A stretch of DNA of 64,000 bases from sequence record SRR20825006_1584; one strand, written 5' to 3'. The translations under genes and the position numbers were made by a program. This document shows, in pieces, positions 31,034 to 40,851 of the stretch (the stretch's first letter is position 1; each line of letters starts with the position of its first letter). The notes beneath the pieces are model-generated. The model was not told where the DNA came from, ran no database searches, and saw only the letters and a list, made by a program, of their open reading frames with translations.

Positions 31034-31874
31034 TTCGGGCTTCCATCTCTTTGTCTATCCACTGGTTATAGCGGTTGAGGATTGCTGCCGCTGTTTCTTC
31101 AATGGAGCGGCGTGTTACATCAATGGTAGGCCAGCCGCGCTGGGTGCAATATTTGCGGCATTCTTTTATCTCTTCCTGAATGTGGGAGATATCAGTGTAA
31201 TCACCTTCTTCATCCTGATTGATGGACCGAAGGCGGTTGGTGCGAATGGCAACAAGACGCTCAGCACTTGTGGTCAAGCCAATAACAAATTTGCCCCTGA
31301 TTTCATCCAACTCCCGCGGCATCGGGCAACCGGGCACAAACGGCACGTTGATGGTTTTATAGCCCTTGTTCGCAAGATAAATACTGGTGGGTGTTTTGGA
31401 CGATCGCGACACACCCACAAGGATGATGTCAGCCTGCGGCATATCCTGAGTTAGTTGCCCGTCATCATGCGCCATGGTGAACTGAAGCGCGTCAATCCGT
31501 TCAAAATAATGCGCGTCCAGCTTATGCTGCCGCCCCGGTTTGTGCGACGCCTGCACGCCAAAATAAGAACCAAGCAGATTGATCACCGGATCAAGGATAG
31601 ACAGCACCGGCAGGCTTGCTTCCATCGCGTCGCGCTCAAGCGCCTCGCGGATCTGCACATTCACCAGTGTATACATGATAAGGCCCGGCTGTTCGCGAAT
31701 GTCTTCCATCAGCCGCGTCATTTGCATGGCAGAGCGGACAAGCGGCCAATAATGTTTTTTAACATTCACCCCTTCAAACTGCACAAGTGCGGCCTGAACT
31801 ATGGCTTCAAGCGTTTCACCGGTGGAATCTGACACCAGATGCAGGTGAAACTCGTCATCGGGTTTTTGTGGCAT
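31020..31874 (-). CDS. Pyruvate,phosphate dikinase / PEP synthetase regulatory protein (DUF299)
   Basis: HLVSDSTGET, HDDG, GVSRSSKTPTSIYLA and DVTRRSIEETAA. Start trimmed to MPQKPDD. Confidence 0.95.
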   Translation of the reverse strand: MPQKPDDEFHLHLVSDSTGETLEAIVQAALVQFEGVNVKKHYWPLVRSAMQMTRLMEDIREQPGLIMYTLVNVQIREALERDAMEASLPVLSILDPVINLLGSYFGVQASHKPGRQHKLDAHYFERIDALQFTMAHDDGQLTQDMPQADIILVGVSRSSKTPTSIYLANKGYKTINVPFVPGCPMPRELDEIRGKFVIGLTTSAERLVAIRTNRLRSINQDEEGDYTDISHIQEEIKECRKYCTQRGWPTIDVTRRSIEETAAAILNRYNQWIDKEMEARNGRD

Positions 31875-32324
31875 ATGTGCCCCTTTGTGCCGGCTGATAA
31901 TTGTATGAAAGCCCTTGGGATTACCCTGTGGATAACTGGAGGATGAACCGGTTGAGAAAAAGCCTACGGCGTTTAACCCCAATTTGTGAAGTGTTTGTTA
32001 GCGAAAGTTTTCTTATTGCCCACAGGCGAAGTTTAGGAGGATAACCTGGCGCCTAAAACACTATATTTTGATGTTTTCCCCGTTTTCCACAGGGTATTTT
32101 CACAAGTGATTACAGTAATATTACACTTTATTCCCGTACCTTACCCACAAAAGACAGGTAAAAATGCCGCACATGCATTGCTTGTGCACAAGATTGTGGA
32201 TAAATGGTTTTCCACATGATTCACAGGCATCAACAACTACTACAATTATTTATTTATATATTATTGAGTAGTAGGAAGGATGTGCCCGGGTTAGAAACCG
32301 AGCCTGACCGTTCAGGAGTACTTC
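31875..32324. other. Chromosomal replication origin (oriC)
   Basis: AT-rich intergenic region at the canonical alphaproteobacterial position upstream of hemE. Perfect DnaA boxes TGTGGATAA at 31927 and 32195; near boxes at 32016, 32083, 32141, 32208 and 32217; AT-rich tract at about 32244-32265. Confidence 0.92.
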
Positions 32325-33356
32325 ATGCCAAAACTGCTTTTAAACACCCTTCAAGGTAACCCCGGCGATCGGGTCCCGTTCTGGTTCATGCGTCAGGCAG
32401 GACGGTATCTGCCGGAATACCGTGAAGTTCGTGCCACAACCCGCAGCTTTATGGAGTTCTGTTATAGCCCGGAAAAAGCAGCGGAAGTAACCCTGCAACC
32501 GATCCGCCGTTACGGCATGGACGGTGCCATATTGTTTGCGGACATTCTTGTTGTACCAGACGGACTTGGCCAGAAGGTATGGTTTGAAGCAGGGCACGGG
32601 CCAAAACTTGAAGCCATTAAAGACCATACCGGTTTTGACAATCTTTCACTGGGTGCTTTCCATGACAAGGTTGGCAATGTGTATGAGACCGTGCGCCGGT
32701 TAAAGGCTGAACTGTCTTCAGATGTAACCTTGCTTGGTTTTGCGGGCGCGCCCTGGACTGTTGCCACCTATATGATTGAGGGAGCTGGCAGCAAAGACCA
32801 TGCTGCTGCACGTCAGATGGGATACGGCAACCCGGAATTGTTCCAGAAAATTCTGGATATTCTTGTGGATGCAACGGCTGAATACCTGTGTGCACAAATT
32901 GAAGCGGGTGCAGATGCGGTGCAGATTTTTGACAGCTGGTCTGCAGCACTACCTGAAACCATGTTCCAGAAATGGGTGATCGAGCCGACCGTTGCGATCG
33001 TGGATAAAATTCGCGCCAAGCACAAGGAAGTGCCTATTATTGGTTTTCCGCGGCTTTCCGGCGCGATACTGCCCGAGTTTGTATCAAAAACCGGGGTGAA
33101 CGCGGTTTCGCTTGATACCGGTGTGCCGCTTGAGTGGGCGCGGGACAATGTGCAAAACAAGGTCTGTGTTCAGGGTAATCTTGACCCACACCTAGTGGTT
33201 TCCGGCGGCGAGTTGATGGTAGACGAGGCTTACCGTATCCTTGAAACGCTGAAGGGTGGTGCCCACATTTTCAACTTGGGCCATGGTTTTGTACCCGAAA
33301 CGCCGCCTGAGAATGTGGCACTTCTCTCAAAAACCATTAAAAATTTCCGGCGCTAA
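32325..33356 (+). CDS. hemE: Uroporphyrinogen decarboxylase
   Basis: WFMRQAGRYLPEY, QGNLDP and FNLGHG motifs. Confidence 0.98.
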   Translation: MPKLLLNTLQGNPGDRVPFWFMRQAGRYLPEYREVRATTRSFMEFCYSPEKAAEVTLQPIRRYGMDGAILFADILVVPDGLGQKVWFEAGHGPKLEAIKDHTGFDNLSLGAFHDKVGNVYETVRRLKAELSSDVTLLGFAGAPWTVATYMIEGAGSKDHAAARQMGYGNPELFQKILDILVDATAEYLCAQIEAGADAVQIFDSWSAALPETMFQKWVIEPTVAIVDKIRAKHKEVPIIGFPRLSGAILPEFVSKTGVNAVSLDTGVPLEWARDNVQNKVCVQGNLDPHLVVSGGELMVDEAYRILETLKGGAHIFNLGHGFVPETPPENVALLSKTIKNFRR

Positions 33357-33397
33357 CAGCCAGGTGCTAACAGAAAAATCAAACTGGGGGACATGTG

Positions 33398-33841
33398 ATG
33401 GAAGGCTATTTGGGCGAGTTTTATCTCTGGGTGAAAGCTCTTCACATCATTTTTGTTATCTTCTGGATGGCCGGTATGTTTATGCTGCCGCGCTATCTTG
33501 CCTATCATTCAACCACAAAGGTTGGCTCGGATGAAGACAAGAACTGGATTGAGCGTGAACGCCGCCTGATGCGGATCATTATCAATCCGGCCATGAGCAT
33601 CACCTGGATTTTGGGCCTGATGCTTGTGTTCAATATCGGGCTTGATGCAGGTGGCTGGCTGCACGCGAAACTGCTTCTGGTGTTCCTGCTGTCCGGTTTT
33701 CATGGCATGTTATCAAAGTACCGCAAAGCCTTTGAACGCGGGGAACGCCCCAAAAGCGAGACCTATTTTCGCCGCATCAATGAAATCCCGGCCGTGTTTA
33801 TTTTTGCCATCGTGCTTTTGGTGGTGCCAAAGGCCTTTTAA
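33398..33841 (+). CDS. hemJ: Protoporphyrinogen oxidase HemJ
   Basis: WVKALHIIFVIFWMAG, ERRLMRIIINPAM, WLHAKL and NEIP. Confidence 0.95.
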   Translation: MEGYLGEFYLWVKALHIIFVIFWMAGMFMLPRYLAYHSTTKVGSDEDKNWIERERRLMRIIINPAMSITWILGLMLVFNIGLDAGGWLHAKLLLVFLLSGFHGMLSKYRKAFERGERPKSETYFRRINEIPAVFIFAIVLLVVPKAF

Positions 33842-33879
33842 GGGTGGTTTTAAATTATACTGTTCTGGTACCAAATACC

Positions 33880-33907
33880 TTGACAGGCGAGGGCAACATG
33901 CTAGCTT
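33880..33907 (+). promoter_or_regulatory. Sigma70 promoter of rho
   Basis: TTGACA-16-TAGCTT, about 160 nt upstream of the rho ATG. Confidence 0.55.
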
Positions 33908-34069
33908 GAGGCATCCGGTGTGTGCCATATCTGGCGCATGCCATCCAAATTTCCCGAAATTGCCGGTTTTTGATGTGTGTATCCCCCGGCAGTATCATTT
34001 TCCAAAGACTGGGCCTGTAGCCCCAATAATCTGGAAATTCCCTTGAATAACAAGAAGTTGGACGATCCC

Positions 34070-35326
34070 ATGCATTTACAGGATCTCAAAGAAAAGACCC
34101 CGGCGGATTTGCTTTCGCTCGCGGAAGAAGTAGGCGTTGAAAACGCCTCCAGCATGCGCAAGCAAGACATGATGTTTGCCATCCTCAAGCATCTTGCTGA
34201 TGATGACATTGAAATCATGGGTGCTGGCGTGATTGAAATCCTTTCTGACGGATTTGGTTTCCTGCGCAGCCCGGAATCAAACTATCTGCCAGGCCCCGAT
34301 GATATTTATGTGAGCCCCAGCCAGATCCGGCGTTTTGCGCTCAGGACCGGTGACACGGTTGAAGGCCAGATTCGCGCCCCCAAGGATGGTGAGCGGTATT
34401 TTGCGCTTCTGAAGGTTTCCAAAATCAATTTTGATGAACCTGAGAAAACCAAACACAAGGTGCACTTCGATAACCTGACGCCGCTTTACCCTGATGAAAA
34501 ACTGAAGCTCGATCCTGATGACCCAACGGTGAAAGACAAATCACCAAGGGTGATTGATCTTGTTGCACCGATCGGTAAAGGCCAGCGTGCGCTTATCGTG
34601 GCGCCGCCGCGCACCGGTAAAACCGTGCTTCTGCAAAACATTGCGAAAAGCGTCTCTGCCAACCATCCTGAGTGTTATGTCATCGTGCTTTTGATCGATG
34701 AACGCCCGGAAGAAGTGACAGACATGCAGCGCAGCGTGCAGGGTGAGGTGGTTTCATCCACATTTGATGAGCCGGCATCCCGCCACGTACAGGTTGCAGA
34801 AATGGTGATCGAGAAAGCCAAACGGCTGGTGGAACACGGCAAGGACGTTGTGATCCTTCTTGATAGTATCACTCGTCTCGCACGGGCTTACAATACGGTG
34901 GTACCGTCATCCGGTAAGGTACTCACCGGTGGTGTGGATGCCAACGCATTGCAGCGCCCGAAACGCTTCTTCGGTGCAGCCCGTAACATTGAGGAAGGCG
35001 GCTCGCTTTCCATCATTGCAACGGCGCTGATTGAAACCGGTAGCCGTATGGATGAAGTGATCTTTGAGGAATTCAAGGGCACAGGTAACTCGGAAGTGGT
35101 GCTTGACCGCAAGGTTGCAGACAAGCGCGTGTTCCCGGCAATCGATATCCTCAAGTCCGGTACCCGGAAAGAAGAACTTCTGGTCGACCAGGGCACGCTT
35201 TCGAAAATGTGGGTTCTGCGCCGTATCCTCACGCCAATGGGCACTGTGGACGCGATGGAGTTCCTGCTTTCCAAGCTCAAGGATGCACCAAACAACGAAG
35301 ATTTCTTCTCCCAGATGAACAACTAA
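34070..35326 (+). CDS. rho: Transcription termination factor Rho
   Basis: [28 protein letters not shown] and EEFKGTGN. Start at MHLQDLK. Confidence 0.99.
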   Translation: MHLQDLKEKTPADLLSLAEEVGVENASSMRKQDMMFAILKHLADDDIEIMGAGVIEILSDGFGFLRSPESNYLPGPDDIYVSPSQIRRFALRTGDTVEGQIRAPKDGERYFALLKVSKINFDEPEKTKHKVHFDNLTPLYPDEKLKLDPDDPTVKDKSPRVIDLVAPIGKGQRALIVAPPRTGKTVLLQNIAKSVSANHPECYVIVLLIDERPEEVTDMQRSVQGEVVSSTFDEPASRHVQVAEMVIEKAKRLVEHGKDVVILLDSITRLARAYNTVVPSSGKVLTGGVDANALQRPKRFFGAARNIEEGGSLSIIATALIETGSRMDEVIFEEFKGTGNSEVVLDRKVADKRVFPAIDILKSGTRKEELLVDQGTLSKMWVLRRILTPMGTVDAMEFLLSKLKDAPNNEDFFSQMNN

Positions 35327-35357
35327 TCATCTGACGCGAATAAAAGATAGTTAGATC

Positions 35358-35388
35358 AAGAGCTTGCATCCGTTGCGGGCTCTTTTTC
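35358..35388 (+). terminator. Intrinsic terminator after rho
   Basis: AAGAGCTTGCA...TGCGGGCTCTT stem followed by a T-run. Confidence 0.75.
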
Positions 35389-35407
35389 GTTTCAAGGAAA
35401 CAAGGTT

Positions 35408-35959
35408 ATGTCTACCGCTTTATTGATCATTGATGTGCAATATGCGATCGATCACCCCAAATGGGGCCAGCGCAATAATGCCGGTGCGGAAGCGAATATG
35501 GCAAAATTTTTGGCTGCGTGGCGAGGGCAGGGGATGCCCGTCTTCCATATCCGGCATGATAGCCGTGAAGACGGATCGCCTTACGCGCCTGGGCAGCCTC
35601 TCCATGCCTTTAAGGATGTTGTGAAGCCTGTGATGGGTGAGCGGGTTGTTGGTAAAAGCACAAATAATGCTTTTGTGGGCACATCACTGGAGGCTGACTT
35701 GAAAAAAGCTGGGGCGGATAAACTGGTGATCACCGGTGTACTGAGCCAGCATTCGGTGGATGTAACGGCCCGCATGGCCGCGAGCCTTGGTTTTAACGTG
35801 ACAGTGATCTCTGATGCCACGGCTGCAGTGGAAGTTACTGATGAGCGCGGTAAACATTGGCCAGCGGATGATGTACATGCGTTGACGCTCGCGCATTTGA
35901 AGGCCGACTATGCGGCTATCAAATCAACTACTGAGGTTTTAGCCAACCTTACCGCTTAA
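35408..35959 (+). CDS. Isochorismatase/cysteine hydrolase family protein
   Basis: ALLIIDVQ, KSTNNAF and TARMAASLGF; Ser stands where Cys is usual (QHSVD). Confidence 0.9.
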   Translation: MSTALLIIDVQYAIDHPKWGQRNNAGAEANMAKFLAAWRGQGMPVFHIRHDSREDGSPYAPGQPLHAFKDVVKPVMGERVVGKSTNNAFVGTSLEADLKKAGADKLVITGVLSQHSVDVTARMAASLGFNVTVISDATAAVEVTDERGKHWPADDVHALTLAHLKADYAAIKSTTEVLANLTA

Positions 35960-35960
35960 A

Positions 35961-36284
35961 TTATGACGCGAGACGAAAATCTGAGACGCCAAGTTCAGGC
36001 ATCCAGATAAGGTGCTGGCGTTTGATCATATGGTTCTGCCAATGAAGCGGCTGCAGGTTAAAAGCTTCGTCCGAACCGCCCCGCGAAAGCGGTGTGATCA
36101 GGTCAACCTTCCAGCCAAATTCACCCAGTTTGCCGTGGTCAACAAAGCGGATTGTTTTGCCGCAGCTGTCGCGGCGGTAGATATCCGGGTCATGGCCATC
36201 GATTTTTGAAGCCTTTTGCCAAACTTCATGTTTGATTGCTTCACCGGCGGTGCGGAACTTATAGCTGTCGAATTCACCATACAT
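35961..36284 (-). CDS. Small HNH-endonuclease-family protein, catalytic His apparently lost
   Basis: GGAG RBS; VWQK...DP...RRDSCG...GWKVDLITPLSRGGSDEAFNLQPLHWQN (family pattern is GWxxDHIxPxSxGGxDxxxNLQPL). Confidence 0.8.
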   Translation of the reverse strand: MYGEFDSYKFRTAGEAIKHEVWQKASKIDGHDPDIYRRDSCGKTIRFVDHGKLGEFGWKVDLITPLSRGGSDEAFNLQPLHWQNHMIKRQHLIWMPELGVSDFRLAS

Positions 36285-36371
36285 TTCCAGTCTCCGTAGA
36301 CTTGGTGCAGGAACCGCCTTTTAACTGAGGGGAGGGGCGATAAGGCCTGCGTTTCAAAACTACACTATGAC

Positions 36372-36418
36372 AGACTATATATTGTGATTTCTAATATAAG
36401 ATTAACAACATGTAGGTG
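36372..36418. promoter_or_regulatory. Tandem NrdR boxes
   Basis: AGACTATATATTGTGA (36372) and TAACAACATGTAGGTG (36403) both fit CwAnATnTwG, with starts 31 bp apart. Confidence 0.7.
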
Positions 36419-36482
36419 AGTGAATATCGTAAAAGTTTGATAAAAACGATGAAATTTTATGTCCTTTGAAGGGTTTTACCCC

Positions 36483-37466
36483 TCAGGGTATGAGAAGTGT
36501 TTGCCCGGTGGTGGCGCGGGCCTCAAGCGCGCGGTGTGCATCGGCCGCATCCCTGAGCGCAAAACGCTGGTTGATATCTGCCTTGATGTGGCCCTCTCGG
36601 ATAGCGTCAAACACCCGGCCTGTGCACAGCTCCAGCTCCTCCCGCGTGGCGGTATAATCCATCAGCGTGGGGCGGGTGACAAAAAGCGAACCCTTTTGTG
36701 CGAGCAGGCCGGGCGAGAAGGGTTCAACCGGCCCGGTGGCGTTGCCGAAGGTTGCCAAAGTGCCGCGCCGTTTAAGTACGTTAAGCGAGCCCATAAAGGT
36801 ATCTTTGCCCACGCTGTCATATACAACGGGCACACCCTCACCATTGGTGATTTCCATCACACGGTTGGTGAAATCTTCCCGTGCATAATTGATGGTGTGG
36901 TGGCAGCCGTTTGCCCGTGCAAGCTCGGCTTTTTCATCACTGCCCACGGTGCCAATCACTGTTACACCAAGGGCGGAAAGCCACTGACAGGCAATAAGCC
37001 CAACACCACCAGCGGCCGCGTGAAACAGCACCGTGTCCCCCACCTTTACCGCATAGGTACGGAAGATCAGATACTCCACCGTGCAGGCCTTGAGCATCAG
37101 CGCGGCTGCATCTTCATCCGATACGGCGTCCGGCAGTTTTACGAGCTTTGCGGCGAGGAAGTTGCGGCATTCTGCATAAGCGCCGATGGGGCCAGCGGGG
37201 TAGGCGACCCGGTCCCCAACCTTAAAACTGCTCACACCGTCGCCCACAGCTTCAACAACACCGGCGGCCTCCAGCCCCGGCACGCCCGGCATGGGCATGG
37301 GGTAAAGCCCGGTGCGGTGATAGGTATCAATGAAGTTGAGCCCGATGGCGGTATGACGAAGCGTTACCTCACCCGCTTTTGGGGCATCAAGGGATAGCTG
37401 CTGCCAGGTGAGCACATCTGGCCCACCCGCTTCATTGATAACAATAGCGCCGGTTTTCTCAGCCAT
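36483..37466 (-). CDS. qor: NADPH:quinone oxidoreductase
   Basis: GLNFIDTYHRTGLY, HAAAGGVG and VVYDSVGKDTF. Confidence 0.95.
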   Translation of the reverse strand: MAEKTGAIVINEAGGPDVLTWQQLSLDAPKAGEVTLRHTAIGLNFIDTYHRTGLYPMPMPGVPGLEAAGVVEAVGDGVSSFKVGDRVAYPAGPIGAYAECRNFLAAKLVKLPDAVSDEDAAALMLKACTVEYLIFRTYAVKVGDTVLFHAAAGGVGLIACQWLSALGVTVIGTVGSDEKAELARANGCHHTINYAREDFTNRVMEITNGEGVPVVYDSVGKDTFMGSLNVLKRRGTLATFGNATGPVEPFSPGLLAQKGSLFVTRPTLMDYTATREELELCTGRVFDAIREGHIKADINQRFALRDAADAHRALEARATTGQTLLIP

Positions 37467-37467
37467 A

Positions 37468-38172
37468 TCAGCCTTTCAGGTGCGTTTCAAAAAACACGCG
37501 GGTGCGGTCATTGGCAAGTGCTGCTGCGTCGCCATCCCAGCTTTGGCCATCAGGCCGTGCAAATGCATGGTCAACACCCGCATAATCATGGATGGTGATC
37601 TGGTCGTGACCGTCAAGTGCCTTGTGAATTTTGGCTTGCGCGGCCTTATCCACAAAACCGTCTTCCTCGGCGATATGCATCAGCAGCGGCTTGGTGATAG
37701 CATCCGCTTCACCAACCTTGGTATCAAGGCCAACACCGTAATAAGACACAGCCGCGTCCACGTCGGTTTTCACAGCCGTCATGAAAGCGAGCAAACCACC
37801 AAGGCAATAGCCCACAGCACCAACCTTGCCACTGCCGCCCTCAATGGTGCGGGCTTTGGTAACGGTGGCGGCGATATCTTCATGGCCTTTTGTATGGTCA
37901 AAATTCTGGAAATAATGGAAAGCCTGATCCCATTCTTCTTTTGTTTTATCGGTGATATCCACACCCGGTTTCATGCGCCAGAAAAGGTCTGGGCAGATGG
38001 CAATGTAACCTTCTGACGCCAGGTCATCACAGATCTGCCGCATGCCCACATTCACCCCAAAAATCTCCTGCAGCACCACCACCACGGGGCCGCTGCCACC
38101 TTCCGGCCTTGCTACATAGGCTTTGAAACTGCCGCTACCGTCTGTTGCGTCGATGTTGATATAGTCTGCCAT
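37468..38172 (-). CDS. Dienelactone hydrolase family protein
   Basis: QEIFGVN, GYCLGG and HAFAR motifs. Confidence 0.95.
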   Translation of the reverse strand: MADYINIDATDGSGSFKAYVARPEGGSGPVVVVLQEIFGVNVGMRQICDDLASEGYIAICPDLFWRMKPGVDITDKTKEEWDQAFHYFQNFDHTKGHEDIAATVTKARTIEGGSGKVGAVGYCLGGLLAFMTAVKTDVDAAVSYYGVGLDTKVGEADAITKPLLMHIAEEDGFVDKAAQAKIHKALDGHDQITIHDYAGVDHAFARPDGQSWDGDAAALANDRTRVFFETHLKG

Positions 38173-38199
38173 GATTATTCTCCTGCGAATTATCTGTTG

Positions 38200-38829
38200 T
38201 TAGTAGACTGACTCAAAGTCGATCTGGCTCAGATTTATCAACGCCATCCCAAGACCATGGAAATCGCTATCAATAATGGCATCTGGGTCGCTGTTGTTAT
38301 TTGAGTTAGCGCCTGGGGACCATCTGGCAAGCACATGATATTGGTGGTTTAGGATGGCTTCAAATACCCACTCTGCTCCATCGAATCCGAGCGGCCTTGG
38401 AGGCAAGTCATCGTCTGAAAACCAGTGAGACGCTCTATCTAGGGCGGCCTTAACGTTTACCAGTTCCTGAGCGGGCACCGCTTGGGCAGATTGATGTCGT
38501 AGACGACCTGGATCATCTTCACCCGGACCGATCAGAATTTTGGTTTCCAGCACACCACTGCCATCGGAATTAAATGTCAGCCGAAAGGCCACGGGCTGAT
38601 CAAATGTGCGCAGCCAGAGGAAGCGAACTACATTTTTTTTGGTGGCTTGCGCAACCGAAAATAAGGAGGGTTCATTCATGCGATCCAGTGTCTGGGCATA
38701 CCAGGAATTGTGAAATTCATCACCCGGACCACAACAAAACGAGGTAGGAAAATATGAGGTCTTGGGCTCAAGCGTACAGCCAGACAGACTAAGAAGAACG
38801 ACGGTGAGCATAATTTTCACGGTGTTCAT
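38200..38829 (-). CDS. Hypothetical lipoprotein
   Basis: Lipobox LSGC; MNEPSL, RFLWLRTFDQP and GFDGAEWVFE...RWSP. Start uncertain (38829 or 38847). Confidence 0.7.
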   Translation of the reverse strand: MNTVKIMLTVVLLSLSGCTLEPKTSYFPTSFCCGPGDEFHNSWYAQTLDRMNEPSLFSVAQATKKNVVRFLWLRTFDQPVAFRLTFNSDGSGVLETKILIGPGEDDPGRLRHQSAQAVPAQELVNVKAALDRASHWFSDDDLPPRPLGFDGAEWVFEAILNHQYHVLARWSPGANSNNNSDPDAIIDSDFHGLGMALINLSQIDFESVY

Positions 38830-38851
38830 GGTTTTCTTTCCCAGCATTGTA

Positions 38852-39343
38852 TCAGTCCAAAGCTCCAGCCTTTTCAAGCGCCTTGCCTTCTTCAACGCTC
38901 AGCGCACCTTCAAGCACAAGAAGCGCGCGTTTGGTGTGGAGGCCACCGTCACCCGAATAGCCGCCCAGCTTGCCTTCGCGCGCAATGATGCGGTGGCACG
39001 GCACAAGGATAGGGATGGGGTTACGCCCGCACGCTGTGCCCACAGCTTGGGCGGCAGAGCCTATCTCCTGCGCCAGCTCACCATAGGTGCGCATCTCACC
39101 ATAAGGGATGGCCTGCATGGCAGCCCAAACCTTTTCCTGATGTTTGGTTCCAATGGCCGCAAGCGGCAGATCAAACTCGGTCAGCTCTCCATCAAAATAG
39201 AGATCAAGCTGGCGCTTGGCTTCAATAAGAAGTGGTGTTGGTTCCTGAAACGGGCTCCAGCCCCAGTCAAGCGAGACGATAGCGCCATCAAACTCGGTGA
39301 TGGTGATATCAATCACCGGCGTGTGCATGGAGAGTTGCGACAT
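38852..39343 (-). CDS. ogt: Methylated-DNA--protein-cysteine methyltransferase
   Basis: IPYGE..TYG and AVGTACGRNP..ILVPCHRI. Confidence 0.95.
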   Translation of the reverse strand: MSQLSMHTPVIDITITEFDGAIVSLDWGWSPFQEPTPLLIEAKRQLDLYFDGELTEFDLPLAAIGTKHQEKVWAAMQAIPYGEMRTYGELAQEIGSAAQAVGTACGRNPIPILVPCHRIIAREGKLGGYSGDGGLHTKRALLVLEGALSVEEGKALEKAGALD

Positions 39344-39459
39344 GGTTGCCCCCGCGATATGGATGAGGCTAATAGCTATTGTGCGTGGGCGAGCCATGCA
39401 AGCACAATCATCATACCTGAAGGCAGAGCCGGTGATGGTGAGCAGAGGAATTCAACGTC

Positions 39460-40818
39460 ATGAGCATTGAAACCGATACGATTTTTGCCCTGTCATCCGG
39501 CGCGGGTGTGGCGGGTGTTGCTGTGGTTCGGCTCTCTGGCCCCAAGGCTCATGCGGCGCTTGAAAGCCTGAGCGGCAAGCCGGTGCCCACAGCAAGGTTC
39601 GCCGCCCTTCGTCTCCTCAAGGATCAGGACACTGGCGCCCGGCTTGATGAAGCTTTGGTGCTGGCCTTCACGGGTCCTGCAAGTTTCACCGGGGAAGATG
39701 TGGTTGAGTTGCATCTGCACGGGGGGCGCGCCGTTGTATCTGGTGTTTTGGAGGCGCTTGCACGCATGCCCGATTTGCGCCCGGCAGAGGCTGGCGAATA
39801 TAGCCGCCGCGCGTTCGAGAATAGTAAGCTCGACCTCACTGAGGCGGAAGGATTGAACGACCTCATTCATGCGCAAACCGCCGCGCAGCGGGAACAGGCG
39901 CTCCGGCAAATGGACGGTGCCTTGCGTGCGCTCTATGAAGATTGGCGCACGCGGCTTGTGGGCCATCTCGCGCATCTTGAAGCCGATATTGATTTCCCGG
40001 ATGAAGACCTGCCAGAAGGGGTCGCGGGTGCCGTGAAACCAAATATATTGATGTTAAGGGATCAAATAACACAACATCTTGTGGATGGTCGGCGCGGTGA
40101 GGCTCTGCGTGAAGGCTACCGCATTGTCATCATGGGGGAACCCAATGCGGGCAAATCCACCCTTCTGAATGCGCTGGCTAAATCAGATGTTGCTATCGTC
40201 TCCGACGAAGAGGGTACCACGCGGGACGCGATTGAAGTACAGCTCGACCTGGGTGGGTTTCCGGTGCGTCTTGTGGATACAGCGGGCGTGCGGGAAAGCT
40301 CTGGTGCTGTGGAGCAGGAGGGCATTCGCCGGGCGCTGAAGCGAGCGGAAGAGGCCGACCTTCGCCTCGTACTGGTGCGGGCTGATGACTGGCCCGTGTT
40401 GCCAACAAGCATGCAGCCCTGGCTCGATGACAAGGCCATGCTGGTGCTCACGCAAACAGACCGTACTGAGATGTTTCACGTGAAACATGACAAGCTGCCA
40501 AACGGCATTGTTGGGGTGAGTTATGTTTCCGCTAAAAATGACCATGGGTTGGATGACTTGTTCAAGCAGCTTGAGGCCCATGTAAGCGATGCGATGGCAC
40601 CGCGCGAGGCACCGTCGCTCACGCGTGTTCGGCATCGCCGCGCGCTTGAGGAGACGGTCGATCATCTCACCCGCTTTTCAGACAATGCGGGTTTTGATGC
40701 CGTGCTGGCGGCAGAAGATGTGCGCATGGCGGCCCGTGCGTTGGGGCGCATTACCGGGCGCGTGGGTGTTGAAGATGTGCTTGATGTGGTCTTCTCAGAC
40801 TTCTGTATCGGCAAGTGA
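39460..40818 (+). CDS. mnmE: tRNA modification GTPase MnmE
   Basis: SFTGEDVVE, GEPNAGKS, GTTRD, DTAG and terminal FCIGK. Confidence 0.98.
   Translation: MSIETDTIFALSSGAGVAGVAVVRLSGPKAHAALESLSGKPVPTARFAALRLLKDQDTGARLDEALVLAFTGPASFTGEDVVELHLHGGRAVVSGVLEALARMPDLRPAEAGEYSRRAFENSKLDLTEAEGLNDLIHAQTAAQREQALRQMDGALRALYEDWRTRLVGHLAHLEADIDFPDEDLPEGVAGAVKPNILMLRDQITQHLVDGRRGEALREGYRIVIMGEPNAGKSTLLNALAKSDVAIVSDEEGTTRDAIEVQLDLGGFPVRLVDTAGVRESSGAVEQEGIRRALKRAEEADLRLVLVRADDWPVLPTSMQPWLDDKAMLVLTQTDRTEMFHVKHDKLPNGIVGVSYVSAKNDHGLDDLFKQLEAHVSDAMAPREAPSLTRVRHRRALEETVDHLTRFSDNAGFDAVLAAEDVRMAARALGRITGRVGVEDVLDVVFSDFCIGK
40472..40487. promoter_or_regulatory. parS site (inside mnmE)
   Basis: Perfect TGTTTCACGTGAAACA. 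Confidence 0.93.
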
Positions 40819-40851
40819 TTGCCGTGCTGTGGAGGCTTGTTGGACTTCTGA

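Noticed and set aside
33352-33373. GCTAACAG direct repeat / GTGCTAA as a CIRCE element
   Set aside because: Only a partial half-site. I found no TTAGCACTC-N9-GAGTGCTAA here or upstream of dnaK or hrcA.
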